DNA of 64,000 nucleotides from Chloroflexota bacterium (GCA_028874075.1 JAPPLU010000060.1:279281-343280), one strand, 5' to 3'; counted from the first letter of the stretch, positions 45,473-56,248 are shown. Translations and numbers: made by a program. The notes: generated by a model not told the origin, from the letters alone.

Positions 45473-46585
45473 ATGAGTGAATCCTATCCCATGCAGCGGG
45501 CGGTTGAACTGGCGCGCCGTGCCCTGGGCAGCACCAGTCCCAACCCGGCTGTGGGGGCAGTAGTCGTCAAAGACGGGTCGGTGGTGGGAGAGGGTTACAC
45601 GCTGCCGCCGGGCCAACGACATGCCGAAATTGGCGCCCTGGAGCAGGCTGGCCAGCTTGCCGAGGGGGCCACCCTATTTACAACTCTGGAACCTTGCTGC
45701 CACTACGGCCGGACACCTCCCTGCACCGACGCCATTATTGCTGCCGGTATCCACGAGGTTAAGATAGCCGTCATCGACCCCAACCCGCTGGTGGCCGGCA
45801 AGGGCATGGAAAGGCTGCGCGAGGCAGGAATTGCAGTCACGATGGAAACCAAGGAGGGGGCGGACGAACTCTACGAAGCCTTCGGCAAGCACATTGCCAC
45901 TGGGTTGCCCTTCGTAACGGCCAAGTATGCCATGAGCCTGGACGGCAAGATTGCCACCTACACCGGCGACTCCAAATGGGTTACCGGGCCCCTGGCCAGG
46001 GCCGAAGTCCAGCGGATGCGCCAGGAATGCGATGCCATTATGATAGGCATCAACACGCTGCTGGCGGATGACCCACAGCTTACCGTCCGGGGCGATGACG
46101 GACTGCCGCTGGTACGGCAGCCCCTGCGGGTGGTGCTGGACAGCCATTGCAGGACGCCGTCGGCATCCAGAATGTTGCGAGAGCCGGGTACTACGCTAAT
46201 TGTTACTTCCAGCGACGCGCCGGGCAGCGAAATTGAGCGACTCCAACGGGCTGGCGCAGAGACCTGGACCAGTCCCCTGCACGAGCCGGGGATGTTGGAA
46301 ATGGGAGAAGTCCTGGTGGAACTGGGCCATCGCGGCGTGGTAAGCCTGCTGGTGGAAGGCGGTGGAATCACACTGGGTTCCCTATTCGACGACGGGCTGG
46401 TGGACAAGGTGAAGGTCTTCATTGCCCCGGTTATAATCGGCGGCATGCAGGCCGCTTCCCCCATAGAAGGCCACGGCCCTGAGTTCATGTCGCAGGCATG
46501 GCAGGTGGAAGGTGCGGAAATTCAGCAGATAGGGCCGGACTGGTTGATTACGGGCTATCCCGGCAGGAACTCCGGCGGGGATTAG
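45473..46585 (+). CDS. ribD: Bifunctional riboflavin biosynthesis deaminase/reductase
   Basis: 370 aa with the deaminase zinc motifs HAEIGAL and TLEPCCHYGRTPPC, plus a C-terminal reductase domain. Confidence 0.9.
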   Translation: MSESYPMQRAVELARRALGSTSPNPAVGAVVVKDGSVVGEGYTLPPGQRHAEIGALEQAGQLAEGATLFTTLEPCCHYGRTPPCTDAIIAAGIHEVKIAVIDPNPLVAGKGMERLREAGIAVTMETKEGADELYEAFGKHIATGLPFVTAKYAMSLDGKIATYTGDSKWVTGPLARAEVQRMRQECDAIMIGINTLLADDPQLTVRGDDGLPLVRQPLRVVLDSHCRTPSASRMLREPGTTLIVTSSDAPGSEIERLQRAGAETWTSPLHEPGMLEMGEVLVELGHRGVVSLLVEGGGITLGSLFDDGLVDKVKVFIAPVIIGGMQAASPIEGHGPEFMSQAWQVEGAEIQQIGPDWLITGYPGRNSGGD

Positions 46586-46803
46586 CTACCATTCTAATCA
46601 TTCCGCATTTGGCCGATGCCAAAGGCGTTAAAAGCTCAAGGCGACAGCACTCCAAGGCGGCAGTGTAAACGGATTAAAGGAGTGTTGACCTTGACAGGCG
46701 TACCAGGCAAGCTAGAGGTTCCCGCCAGGGCGGGAACTATGGGAGCGCCACAAGGCTGAAGCGCAATAGGCCTGTATCATCCAGCGCACCAGGTGGTCAG
46801 TTT

Positions 46804-47394
46804 ATGTTTACCGGTATTGTTGAAGAGGTCGGGACCGTTGCGGTATGCGGCGAGTACGGGCTTACCATGTCAGCCAGTGGGGTCATGGAAGACTTGAAGC
46901 TGGGGGACAGCATCGCCGTAAATGGTACTTGCCTGACGGTGGTGGAGCTTAAAGGGGGGCAGTTCAGGGTGGACCTGGCTCCTGAGACTCTGCGCCGCAC
47001 TTCCCTGGGCGAACTCTCGGTGGGCAGTGTTGCCAACCTGGAACGCCCCCTGGCGGCGGGTGACCGGCTGGGTGGCCACATCGTTCAGGGGCACGTTGAT
47101 GCCACCGGCCGCCTTATGTCCATCAGGCCAGAGGGCGACTGCTATATTTTCCGGGTGCGGGTACCCAAGCGGCTAATGCCCTACGTAGTGGAAAAGGGGT
47201 TCATCGCCGTGGACGGAATCAGCCTGACTGTGGTAAAGCGGGGGGCTGCATCGTTCACCATTTCTGTGATACCATACACGTTCTCCCACACTAATCTGAA
47301 GGACAAGGCAGTGGGAAGCAGAGTCAACCTGGAAGTGGATATACTCGCCAAGTACGTCGAAAGCTTGATGTTGACGCAGGCAGGAACGATTTAA
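46804..47394 (+). CDS. ribE: Riboflavin synthase
   Basis: 196 aa. The N-terminus is MFTGIVEEVGTV, and the duplicated barrel is visible in the sequence. Confidence 0.9.
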   Translation: MFTGIVEEVGTVAVCGEYGLTMSASGVMEDLKLGDSIAVNGTCLTVVELKGGQFRVDLAPETLRRTSLGELSVGSVANLERPLAAGDRLGGHIVQGHVDATGRLMSIRPEGDCYIFRVRVPKRLMPYVVEKGFIAVDGISLTVVKRGAASFTISVIPYTFSHTNLKDKAVGSRVNLEVDILAKYVESLMLTQAGTI

Positions 47395-47454
47395 GAGGGT
47401 TTAGGGGCAGGGCCGGTTTCAAAAGCAGAAAATTCGAGGAGACTGACAGACGCT

Positions 47455-48663
47455 ATGCCTCTATCTAGCATGGAAGAGGCCCTGGAAGACCTCAAGGCTG
47501 GCAAAATTCTCATAGTCGTCGACGATGAGAAGCGCGAAAACGAAGGCGACCTGGTGGTGGCTGCCGAGAAGGTAACTCCGGAGACCGTCAACTTCCTGGT
47601 TACCCATGGTCGAGGCCTTCTGTGTATGCCCATGAAGGAAGACCGGCTTACCGAACTGGGCATAAAATTGATAGACAGCGAAAACGCGGTCCATGATATG
47701 CCCACTGCCTTCACCATGTCGGTGGACTTCAAAGTGGGCACTACCACGGGAATTTCGGCCGACGATCGGGCCGCTACCATCCAGGCCCTCATTGATCCGG
47801 AAGCCAGGCCCGAAGAGTTTTCCCGTCCCGGTCATTTGTTCCCGCTGCAGTATCATCCCGGCGGTGTTATGGTCCGCCCCGGCCACACGGAGGCGATTGT
47901 GGACCTGTGCGACATCGCTGGAATGTATCCGGCGGGCGTGGTGTGCGAGATAATGAACGACGACGGGTCCATGTCCCGCCTGCCTGACCTGGAAGTTTTC
48001 GCCGCTGAACATGGGCTGAAGATCCTCAGCATTGCGCAGATCATCGCCCACCGCCGCCGCTACCAGGTGGAGATAAGGCAGGTGGCCGAGGCGCGTATGC
48101 CTACCAAGTATGGCGAGTTCAAGGCGTACGCCTACGAAAGTCCCTATGACCCGGGGGAGCATATTGCCCTCACCATCGGGGACTGGGAGCCCGACGAACC
48201 CGTGCTGACCCGTATCCACAGCGAATGCCTGACGGGTGATGTTTTTGGCAGCATGCGCTGCGACTGTGGGGAACAGCTCGAGCTGGCCTTGAAGAGGCTG
48301 GGCGAAGAAGGCAAGGGCGCCTTGTTGTACATGCGTCAAGAAGGTCGCGGCATTGGCCTGCACAACAAGATCAGGGCCTATTCCTTACAGGACGGGGGCG
48401 CGGACACCGTTGAAGCCAACAAGATGCTGGGTTTCGACCCGGACACTCGGCATTACGGGGTCGGCGCAAAAATTCTTGCGGACCTGGGTATTCAGCGGGT
48501 ACGGCTGCTGACCAACAACCCCAAGAAGCTGATTGGCCTTTCCGGGTCAGAGGTTGAAGTGGTGGAGCGGGTGCAGCTTGAAGTGCCGCCCAACGAAGAG
48601 AACCGGGGCTACCTGGAAACCAAGCGGATAAGAATGGGGCACATTCTGGGTTCGTGCTCGTAA
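47455..48663 (+). CDS. ribBA: Bifunctional 3,4-dihydroxy-2-butanone-4-phosphate synthase / GTP cyclohydrolase II
   Basis: 402 aa with RENEGDLVVAAE (DHBP synthase) and RIHSECLTGDVFGSMRCDCG (GTP cyclohydrolase II). Confidence 0.9.
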   Translation: MPLSSMEEALEDLKAGKILIVVDDEKRENEGDLVVAAEKVTPETVNFLVTHGRGLLCMPMKEDRLTELGIKLIDSENAVHDMPTAFTMSVDFKVGTTTGISADDRAATIQALIDPEARPEEFSRPGHLFPLQYHPGGVMVRPGHTEAIVDLCDIAGMYPAGVVCEIMNDDGSMSRLPDLEVFAAEHGLKILSIAQIIAHRRRYQVEIRQVAEARMPTKYGEFKAYAYESPYDPGEHIALTIGDWEPDEPVLTRIHSECLTGDVFGSMRCDCGEQLELALKRLGEEGKGALLYMRQEGRGIGLHNKIRAYSLQDGGADTVEANKMLGFDPDTRHYGVGAKILADLGIQRVRLLTNNPKKLIGLSGSEVEVVERVQLEVPPNEENRGYLETKRIRMGHILGSCS

Positions 48664-48688
48664 CCGGACAGATGACGGGAAATAGATT

Positions 48689-48725
48689 GGGGGCCGACCC
48701 ACGCGGGTTGGCCCCTTCTGTTTTT
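48689..48725. terminator. Rho-independent terminator between convergent ribBA and prfB
   Basis: GGGGCCGACCC-ACGC-GGGTTGGCCCC hairpin followed by TTCTGTTTTT. Confidence 0.65.
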
Positions 48726-48741
48726 GCGCAGGTGCGGACCG

Positions 48742-49837
48742 CTAGCTGACCTGGGAGATCAAGTAGGCTTCGATGAAGTCGTCCAGGGCGCCATCCAGGA
48801 CGGCGTCCGGGTTGGTGCTCTGGAAATTGGTGCGGTGGTCCTTTACCGACTTGTAGGGGTGAAGGACGTAGCTCCGGATCTGGTTGCCCCATTCAGCAGC
48901 GACGCGTTCACCTTTCAACCTGGCCAGTTCTTCCGCTCGCTGCTCGTTCTGTCGGGCCAGCAAGCGGGCGGTAAGGATGCGCATGGCGTATTCCCGGTTC
49001 TGGTGCTGGGACCGTTCCGTCTGGCACGAAACGACAATGCCTGATGGGACGTGGGTCAGGCGCACGGCCGAGGCCACCTTTTGGACGTTCTGTCCCCCGG
49101 GGCCACTGGACCGGAAGGTATCCATCTTCAGGTCTTCTGATCGGACGACAACATCTTCCTCTTCAGCGGCGGCCGGCAGGACTTCCACCTGGGCGAAAGA
49201 GGTGTGGCGAAGGTTGTTGGGATCGTAGGGAGACAGGCGTACCAGGCGATGTACGCCCCGCTCGGAGTTGAGGTAGCCGTAGGCGAAGGGCCCGCCAATT
49301 TCCAGGGTTGCACTGCGCAGGCCGGCCTCGTCGCCGTAGGCCAGATCCATGACCTGGGCAGGGCGGTTTTGCACTTCCGCCCAGCGTGCATACATTTTCA
49401 GCAGCATTTCCGCCCAGTCCTGGGAGTCGGTGCCACCGGCGCCAGAATAGACGGACACGATGGCGGGGCGGTCGTCGTAGGGGCCGGCCAGGGTGAGGGA
49501 GATCTCTTCGCGGGAGAGGGTGCGGGAAAGCTGGATGGCGTCGGTCTCTATCTGGGCCAGCAAGGACTCATCGCCGTCTTCGGTGGCGAGTTCGGTCAGT
49601 TCCAGGAGGGTTGACGCCTGGGATGCCATATCCCGCCAAAGGCTGACGGTTTCCTTGAGCCGGCCGAGGGTGCGCATTTCCTGCTGGGCACGGCGAGGGT
49701 CGTCCCAAAAACCCGGTTGGGATGCTTCCCGCTCCAGGCGGGTAATATCTGCTTCCTTGTCGGGGAGGTCAAAGACGCTCCACGACGGAATCGATCTTCT
49801 GAACCAGGGCGCTCAGTTCCTGTTTGAGGTCATCCAT
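48742..49837 (-). CDS. prfB: Peptide chain release factor 2, expressed via a programmed +1 frameshift
   Basis: Frame 0 is ATG 49837 MDDLKQELSALVQKIDSVVERL followed by TGA at 49771..49769. The +1 frame continues DLPDKEADITRLEREASQPGFWDD... into ORF 48742..49677 (GGQ motif SSGPGGQNV). AGGAG lies upstream of the ATG. Confidence 0.9.
49768..49774 (-). other. prfB +1 frameshift site CTT TGA C
   Basis: The minus strand reads GTG GAG CGT CTT TGA CCT. This is the canonical CUU UGA C slippery/stop context, with an internal SD-like GGAG 3 nt upstream. Confidence 0.85.
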
Positions 49838-50083
49838 TGGTTTTCTCCTGAACCGGGGCGGCACAGTCGCTCAATGTGCCCCATGTTGGTGTTACGATTT
49901 CTTGTATTGGATTATACGGTTGCCGTTGGAAGATTGCCAGTTGTCTGGATATTACAGTAACGTAATGGTTGCATTGCCTTCAAATAGGGGGGTTGGTAGA
50001 ATGGCTTGGATTCGGCCGGGCTCGAATCCGATTGTCCTGGCAAGCCAATACGTTCGTACATCCCTGGAACAAAGAGGCTACTC

Positions 50084-50728
50084 TTGGAACTGCTTTCCAT
50101 AGCTTTACTCGGCCTTGCCGCATATCTCATTGGTTCCGTCTCCCCGTCCTACACCCTGGTGCATTACCTGAAGGGCATTGACATCAGGGATGTGGGCAGC
50201 CACAACGCCGGAACCCTTAACAGCTTCCACCAACTTGGGGCCTGGTGGGCGATTTTGGTGTTTATAGTTGATGCCGGCAAAGCTGCCGTTGCCACGCTGC
50301 TGCCGACGTGGGTGGGCCTGCCGGAGTGGTCCGTTCTAGTTACGGCACCGCTGGTGATTGTGGGGCACAACTGGACCGTGCTGCTGAAGTTTCGAGGAGG
50401 GAAGGGCGCGGCCTGCCTGATCGGGATTTGCCTGGCGCTGGCTCCGGCATCGACGATGATCGCCATCGTGCCCGGCGTTATAGTGCTATTCCTGTCAAAG
50501 AACGCCATTGCGGGGCTGGTGGCCGGATTTGCCGTGGCCAATGTGCTTAACCTGGCGGCCTGGCTGTTCAACGTGGAGTGGCTAGTTCTGGCGCCGGGGT
50601 GGCTGCAGTTTGGTCTTTGCCTATTCTTGACCCTGTTCGTAGCAGTCGTCTACGGCATTTCCATTCGTGTCCAGCTGCTGGAAGCCTTCCGGCAGAAGAG
50701 TGTGAGGCGTGCGTTTTACGGGTCCTGA
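50084..50728 (+). CDS. plsY: Glycerol-3-phosphate acyltransferase PlsY family
   Basis: ORF 50006..50728. I placed the start at TTG 50084 (after AAGAGG), giving MELLSIALLGLAAYLIGSVSP..., a typical PlsY N-terminus. The motif is GSHNAGTLN. The start is uncertain. Confidence 0.7.
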   Translation: MELLSIALLGLAAYLIGSVSPSYTLVHYLKGIDIRDVGSHNAGTLNSFHQLGAWWAILVFIVDAGKAAVATLLPTWVGLPEWSVLVTAPLVIVGHNWTVLLKFRGGKGAACLIGICLALAPASTMIAIVPGVIVLFLSKNAIAGLVAGFAVANVLNLAAWLFNVEWLVLAPGWLQFGLCLFLTLFVAVVYGISIRVQLLEAFRQKSVRRAFYGS

Positions 50729-50872
50729 GACCAATTGGTCCCTGGCCGCTTGGCACCCTGGCTGCCGGAGCGCACCCCGTTATCTTTCCCAATGCAGGTT
50801 GGTTATAATTGCGTGGTGCGGCCATTTACGGCCGGGCCGACCGAACTGTTCCACCGGGTTTAACCCAATTTA

Positions 50873-52639
50873 GTGCAGGACGATTCTATGCTGGACCACG
50901 GAGCCATAGACCACTCAGATGCCAACTCCACGGAGGCCCTCCGGCATCGTATGCGCCACTCGGCGGCCCACGTGATGGCCGATGCCGTGTTGCGCATCTT
51001 TCCCGAAGCCAAGATGGGTATCGGGCCTCCGACCCAGGACGGCTTTTACTACGATTTTGACGTTTCCCGTCCCTTCACTCCCGAAGATCTGGAGGAAATT
51101 GAAGCGCTGATGCGGGAGACCATTTCCGCGCGCCAGCCATTCCTCCGTGAGGAGATCAGCCGGGGCGAGGCAGTAGAACTATTCGCCGACCAGCCTTACA
51201 AGCTGGAAATCATCAGCGACCTGCCCGACGAGACGACGCTGAGCATTTACCGGCACGGGGGTTTTGTTGACCTGTGCCAGGGGCCTCACGTTGACGGCAC
51301 CGCCGACATTCAGGCGGTGAAGCTGCTGAACATTGCCGGCGCCTACTGGCGGGGGGACGAGCACCGTCCCATGCTGCAGCGCATCTACGGAACCGCCTGG
51401 GAGAGCCGGGATGCCTTGGATGATTTTCTTAACCGGCTGGAGGAGGCCGAGAGACGTGACCACCGCACTCTGGGCCGCCAGTTGGGGTTGTACTCCATAC
51501 ACGAGGAAATCGGGCCCGGCCTGATAGTCTGGCATCCCAAGGGCGGTGTGGTGCGCAGCCTGGTGGAGGACTACTGGCGGGATATCCACTATCGCCACGA
51601 CTACAGCATCGTCTATTCGCCCCATATCGGGCGGGCGCAATTGTGGCAGACCAGCGGCCACCTGGCGCACTACCGGGAAAGTATGTACGCACCGCTGGAA
51701 GTGGACGAGCAGGAATACTTCCTTAAGCCAATGAACTGTCCCTTCCATATCATGGTGTACCGGTCAGCGTTGCGCAGCTACCGGGAACTTCCCATGCGGA
51801 TCGCCGAACTGGGGACGGTCTACCGTTACGAGCGCAGCGGAGTCCTGCACGGCTTGATGCGGGTGAGGGGGTTCACCCAGGACGACGCCCATATCTTCTG
51901 CTTGCCCGAGCAGGTGGAGGAAGAGGTGGGAGGCGTGCTGGACCTGACGTTCGAACTGCTGGACGCTTTCGGATTCAGCGACTACTCCATCTTCCTGTCC
52001 ACCAGGCCCGACAGCTACGCCGGGGAGCCGGAGATGTGGGACCACGCTACTGAGTCGCTGCGGCGGGCCCTGGAACAACGGAGCCTGAAGTACGACATTG
52101 ACGAGGGCGGCGGGGCATTCTACGGCCCCAAGGTGGATATCAAGATTCAGGACGCCCTGGGCCGGGAGTGGCAGTGCACCACGGTGCAGTTCGATTTCAA
52201 CCTGCCAGAGCGATTCGACCTGACATTTATGGATGCCGAGGGCGGCCGCAGTCGACCCTACATGGTGCACCGGGCTATCCTGGGTTCGCTGGAGCGGTTC
52301 CTGGGCGTATTGATTGAACACTATGCGGGAGCCTTCCCCCTGTGGCTGGCGCCCACTCAAGCCATGGTTATACCCATAGCCGACCGCCACCAGGAGTACG
52401 CCGAGTCGGTCAAAACAAAGCTGGAATCCGAGGGATTCCGGGCTGAGGTCGACGGGCGCAGCGAGCGAATGAACCTGAAAATCCGCAATGCCCAGCTGCA
52501 GAAAGTGCCTTATATGCTGGTGGTGGGCGACCGGGAGCAGGAAGACGGCGCCGTAGCCGTCCGAACCCGGGAGGGCGGAAACCTGGGGGCGATGCCGCTG
52601 GATGATTTGCTGGCAAGGCTGGCGGAGGAGTTGGAGTAA
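50873..52639 (+). CDS. thrS: Threonine--tRNA ligase (no N-terminal TGS domain)
   Basis: 588 aa with a GTG start and an in-frame TAA 4 codons upstream. It has the editing-domain motif HSAAHVMA, the class II core [26 protein letters not shown] and a C-terminal anticodon-binding domain. Confidence 0.9.
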   Translation: MQDDSMLDHGAIDHSDANSTEALRHRMRHSAAHVMADAVLRIFPEAKMGIGPPTQDGFYYDFDVSRPFTPEDLEEIEALMRETISARQPFLREEISRGEAVELFADQPYKLEIISDLPDETTLSIYRHGGFVDLCQGPHVDGTADIQAVKLLNIAGAYWRGDEHRPMLQRIYGTAWESRDALDDFLNRLEEAERRDHRTLGRQLGLYSIHEEIGPGLIVWHPKGGVVRSLVEDYWRDIHYRHDYSIVYSPHIGRAQLWQTSGHLAHYRESMYAPLEVDEQEYFLKPMNCPFHIMVYRSALRSYRELPMRIAELGTVYRYERSGVLHGLMRVRGFTQDDAHIFCLPEQVEEEVGGVLDLTFELLDAFGFSDYSIFLSTRPDSYAGEPEMWDHATESLRRALEQRSLKYDIDEGGGAFYGPKVDIKIQDALGREWQCTTVQFDFNLPERFDLTFMDAEGGRSRPYMVHRAILGSLERFLGVLIEHYAGAFPLWLAPTQAMVIPIADRHQEYAESVKTKLESEGFRAEVDGRSERMNLKIRNAQLQKVPYMLVVGDREQEDGAVAVRTREGGNLGAMPLDDLLARLAEELE

Positions 52640-52640
52640 G

Positions 52641-54701
52641 ATGCCCAACCGCCTTATTAAGGAGACCAGCCCCTATCTGCTGCAGCACGCCCACAATCCC
52701 GTGGACTGGTATCCGTGGGGGGAAGAGGCATTGGCGCGCTCGATAGAGGAGGACAAGCCTATCCTGCTGAGCATTGGCTATTCCGCCTGCCACTGGTGCC
52801 ACGTGATGGAGCGGGAGTCCTTCGAGGACGAGGCCATCGCCAGCCTGATGAACGCCAACTTCGTCAACGTCAAGGTGGACCGGGAGGAGCGGCCGGACCT
52901 GGATGCGGTTTACATGGAAGCCGTGCAGATGCTGACGGGAAGCGGCGGCTGGCCCATGACCGTTTTCCTCACCCCGGAGGGTAAACCGTTTTACGGGGGC
53001 ACTTATTTCCCGCCCACGGACCGGATGAATATGCCGGGCTTTCCCCGGTTGCTCCTGGCAGTGACTGAAGCCTACCGCACCAACCGGGGCGAAGTTGAAA
53101 GAGTAACCAACCAGCTGACGGAACAGATGGGCCGCTCCGGGCAGGTTACGCCGAGCAGCGGCCTCCTTTCGGCAGACGTTCTCCACGAAGCCTACTCTCG
53201 TCTGGCGGCTAACTTCGATTACCAGAACGGGGGCTTCGGCGCGGCTCCCAAATTTCCTCAACCCATGACGCCCGAGTTCCTGCTTCGTTACTACCACCAC
53301 GGCTACAGTCCCCGCGCCCTGGAGATGGTGGAAATGACGCTGGAGAAGATGGCCTACGGCGGGATGTACGACCAGTTGGGCGGGGGGTTCCACCGCTACT
53401 CGACCGATGCATTCTGGCTGGTTCCCCACTTCGAGAAGATGCTGTACGACAACGCTCTGCTGGCGCGGCTTTACCTGCATGCCTGGCAGATAACCGGCAG
53501 GGACCTGTACCGCCGTATTGTAGAGGAAACCCTGGACTACGTACTAAGGGAGATGACAGACCCATCAGGGGGATTCTACTCCGCCCAGGATGCTGACAGC
53601 GAAGAGGTGGAAGGGAAGTTCTTCGTGTGGATGCCCGACGAAATACGGGAGGTTCTGGGCGAGGCCGACGGCAATATGCTCGGCGGTTTCTACGGCGTGA
53701 CCGATGCCGGCAATTTCGAAGGGGCCAATATCCTGAACATCCCACAAGGCCCGGAAGCTTTTGCGCTGGAGCATGGCATAGAAGAGAGGGATTTGGTTGC
53801 CCTCATCTCCCGTGGCAGGCCAAGGCTGCTGGATGTGCGAGAAAGGCGTATTCACCCCTTCCGCGATGACAAGGTTATAGCGTCATGGAACGGCCTGATG
53901 CTGCGGGCTTTTGCCGAGGCGGGGGCTGCGCTGAAGCGGGCAGATTACCTGATGGCGGCGGAGGCCAATGCTCGCTTCCTGCACGAAGCAATGACAGTGG
54001 ATGGGAGCTTGCTGCGCACCTACCGGGAAGGGCAGGCCAAGATTCCGGGCTATCTGGAAGACTACGCCTGCGTGTCGGATGGCTACCTGGCTCTCTATGA
54101 AGCTACTTTCGAGCGCGATTGGCTCGACCGGGCGGTGGCTCTGGCCAACCGTATGGTTGACCTGTTCTGGGACGAAGGTGTGGGCGGATTCTACGACACA
54201 GGTTCCGAGCATGAGATCCTGGTTACTCGTCCACGGGACGTTTTCGATAACGCCCAACCCTGCGGCGGTTCGGTGGCATCGGAAGTGCTGCTGAAACTGG
54301 CCCTCATCACTGGCGACGAAGACTACAACCTTAAGGCGTCCCGCCCGCTTCGGGCGTTGAGCAGGCTGATGACCCAGGCTCCCGGCGGGGCTGCATACTG
54401 GCTCGGGGTGCTGGACTTTTACGTCTCACTGCCCAAGGAAATAGCAATAATCGGCGACCCGGCAGGTGCGGAAGCGGGCGCACTGCTTGATGCGGTTCAC
54501 GGCCGATATCTGCCCAACAAGGTTGTGGTGGGGAGTGCCGGAGACGGGGAGAACGCTGACAATGGGCGGCCTTATGAAATGCCACTGCTGGCGGAGCGGG
54601 GGATGGTTGACGGTAAGCCAACTGCCTATGTTTGCCAGAATTATGTCTGCCAACTGCCCGTAACCGACCCTCAAGGGCTGGCCGAACAGCTGGATTCCTA
54701 G
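52641..54701 (+). CDS. YyaL-like thioredoxin-domain protein (DUF255 + alpha/alpha-toroid domain)
   Basis: This is the internal ATG of ORF 52602..54701, 1 nt after the thrS stop. The N-terminus is [27 protein letters not shown] and the CxxC-type motif is [10 protein letters not shown]. Confidence 0.85.
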   Translation: MPNRLIKETSPYLLQHAHNPVDWYPWGEEALARSIEEDKPILLSIGYSACHWCHVMERESFEDEAIASLMNANFVNVKVDREERPDLDAVYMEAVQMLTGSGGWPMTVFLTPEGKPFYGGTYFPPTDRMNMPGFPRLLLAVTEAYRTNRGEVERVTNQLTEQMGRSGQVTPSSGLLSADVLHEAYSRLAANFDYQNGGFGAAPKFPQPMTPEFLLRYYHHGYSPRALEMVEMTLEKMAYGGMYDQLGGGFHRYSTDAFWLVPHFEKMLYDNALLARLYLHAWQITGRDLYRRIVEETLDYVLREMTDPSGGFYSAQDADSEEVEGKFFVWMPDEIREVLGEADGNMLGGFYGVTDAGNFEGANILNIPQGPEAFALEHGIEERDLVALISRGRPRLLDVRERRIHPFRDDKVIASWNGLMLRAFAEAGAALKRADYLMAAEANARFLHEAMTVDGSLLRTYREGQAKIPGYLEDYACVSDGYLALYEATFERDWLDRAVALANRMVDLFWDEGVGGFYDTGSEHEILVTRPRDVFDNAQPCGGSVASEVLLKLALITGDEDYNLKASRPLRALSRLMTQAPGGAAYWLGVLDFYVSLPKEIAIIGDPAGAEAGALLDAVHGRYLPNKVVVGSAGDGENADNGRPYEMPLLAERGMVDGKPTAYVCQNYVCQLPVTDPQGLAEQLDS

Positions 54702-54730
54702 TCCTTTCTTTCGATAATAAACGGGCTGGT

Positions 54731-56236
54731 TTATTCGCTTATGCGGGTGAAGCGGACTCTAAGGACCGGAGTGTCGGGAGTCCTGTCTTCTGGCACTTTA
54801 GCCCATTCTGCGATGCGATAACCTACCACCCAGGCGATTTCCTGGTCTGCCACCAGCAGGGGTACCCTGTCCCGCCACTCCTGGGGTACCTTTTCATCAA
54901 TGAAGAAATTGTGTAATCGCTTCGTTTGTGCCATGCCCAATGGCTGAAATCGGTCACCCTCTTTCCTTTTCCGTATTGCCAGGCTCGATTTCAGGACTGC
55001 ATGCCCGAAATAGGCCGTAAACTCGTCAGGTTGACGAAGGTCCGGTATTTCCGATGACTTGAGGGCTTCAAAAATCACCTGCCATTCACCAATGAAATGG
55101 ACTACATTGTAGGTTTTAATGCCAATTGGCAGTTGCAGTTGAGAGCCTGGGAGTTCGGGAAAGGGACAGTCGGCAGGTGTGGCTGTCCTTGAGAAGGAAA
55201 TTTCGTCCGTAGACAACCGCAGTGAAATGCCCTCCGGGAGATCAAGGCTGCCAGCGCTCCTATGGGGAGACGCGAAGTCGATCATGGCACGCAGGTGGGT
55301 TTCGCCCAACCGCCTGGCGTCGCCCTTGACAGCAACGTAAGCCCGCCGCAACGCCAGCCGCTTTAACGCCGGATGAAGGCCGTCGAAGGGTCTACGGAGC
55401 AGGGTCGCTGCAGGCGCCTGGCCAGAGGTTTCGTCGCCACCCTTTCCCGGGACCGTCAATTCTTTCCACGCGCGCTCCAGTTCCGACTCCATGTAGTCCA
55501 GGTCGAGGGAGGCAGAGTTTGCCAGGCGGGCCAATGCATCCTGCACCCGCGGGTTGTATTCTTCGGCCATCAGGGGTAGCAGCTGTTGCCGGACTCGATT
55601 GCGGGTGAACTTGAAGAGAAGGTTCCCGCTGTCCTGCCGGTAGGAGCGACCCAGTTCGTTGCAGTATTCCACGGTTTCGGCCTTGGAGGTCTCGAGCAGA
55701 GGGCGAAATATGATGGGCGTGTCCAGCCCCGCAGGCCAGGGCCAGGGGGCAGTTTCCGACATCCCTCGCAAGCCGTGGAGCCCGGCGCCACGCATTATGT
55801 GTAGCAGTACTGTCTCTGCCAGATCATCGGTGGTGTGGCCAACGGCTACGGCGGGGGCGTCAACGCCGTGGGCCACGCCTGCCAGAAACCGGTATCGCAT
55901 CTCCCGGGCTCCCTGCTCGAAAGAAGAGATGCGGTGTTCGCGCTGGTAGGCGATGGGGTCCTGTTTTGCCATGCTGAAGGGAAGGCCCAGCTCCTGAGCC
56001 ATTGTTTCCACGAATCTGGCGTCTTCGTCGGCCTCCTCGCCCCGGAAGTCGTGGTTGAGGTGGGCTACGTGCAGTGAGAACCCCAGGTTTTCACGGAGAT
56101 GGTACAGGCTGTAGAGAAGGGCTGAAGAGTCGGCGCCGCCGGATACTCCCACGACCAGGGTGGCCCCGGTCCCTGCCAGGCCGGCCCTGCGCAAGGCGGC
56201 GGCCACCTTCCTTTCAACTTGAGCAACGACGGGCAT
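54731..56236 (-). CDS. tilS: tRNA(Ile)-lysidine synthase
   Basis: 501 aa with the PP-loop VGVSGGADSSAL and a C-terminal TilS substrate-binding domain. Confidence 0.85.
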   Translation of the reverse strand: MPVVAQVERKVAAALRRAGLAGTGATLVVGVSGGADSSALLYSLYHLRENLGFSLHVAHLNHDFRGEEADEDARFVETMAQELGLPFSMAKQDPIAYQREHRISSFEQGAREMRYRFLAGVAHGVDAPAVAVGHTTDDLAETVLLHIMRGAGLHGLRGMSETAPWPWPAGLDTPIIFRPLLETSKAETVEYCNELGRSYRQDSGNLLFKFTRNRVRQQLLPLMAEEYNPRVQDALARLANSASLDLDYMESELERAWKELTVPGKGGDETSGQAPAATLLRRPFDGLHPALKRLALRRAYVAVKGDARRLGETHLRAMIDFASPHRSAGSLDLPEGISLRLSTDEISFSRTATPADCPFPELPGSQLQLPIGIKTYNVVHFIGEWQVIFEALKSSEIPDLRQPDEFTAYFGHAVLKSSLAIRKRKEGDRFQPLGMAQTKRLHNFFIDEKVPQEWRDRVPLLVADQEIAWVVGYRIAEWAKVPEDRTPDTPVLRVRFTRISE

Positions 56237-56248
56237 GGCTCCCGGCCG

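Noticed and set aside
50729-50872. A T-box leader or tRNA-mimic operator upstream of thrS.
   Set aside because: The interval is only about 145 nt, too short for a T-box. GCGTGGTGCGGCC resembles the T-box sequence only loosely, and I could not build a convincing specifier or anticodon-like hairpin.
52410-53480. A 356-aa minus-strand ORF, with the neighbouring 294-aa ORF 51764..52648, antisense to thrS and the YyaL-like gene.
   Set aside because: This is the same shadow-ORF phenomenon. The composition is Arg/Pro/Gly-rich, and the sense strand carries unambiguous ThrRS and DUF255 motifs.
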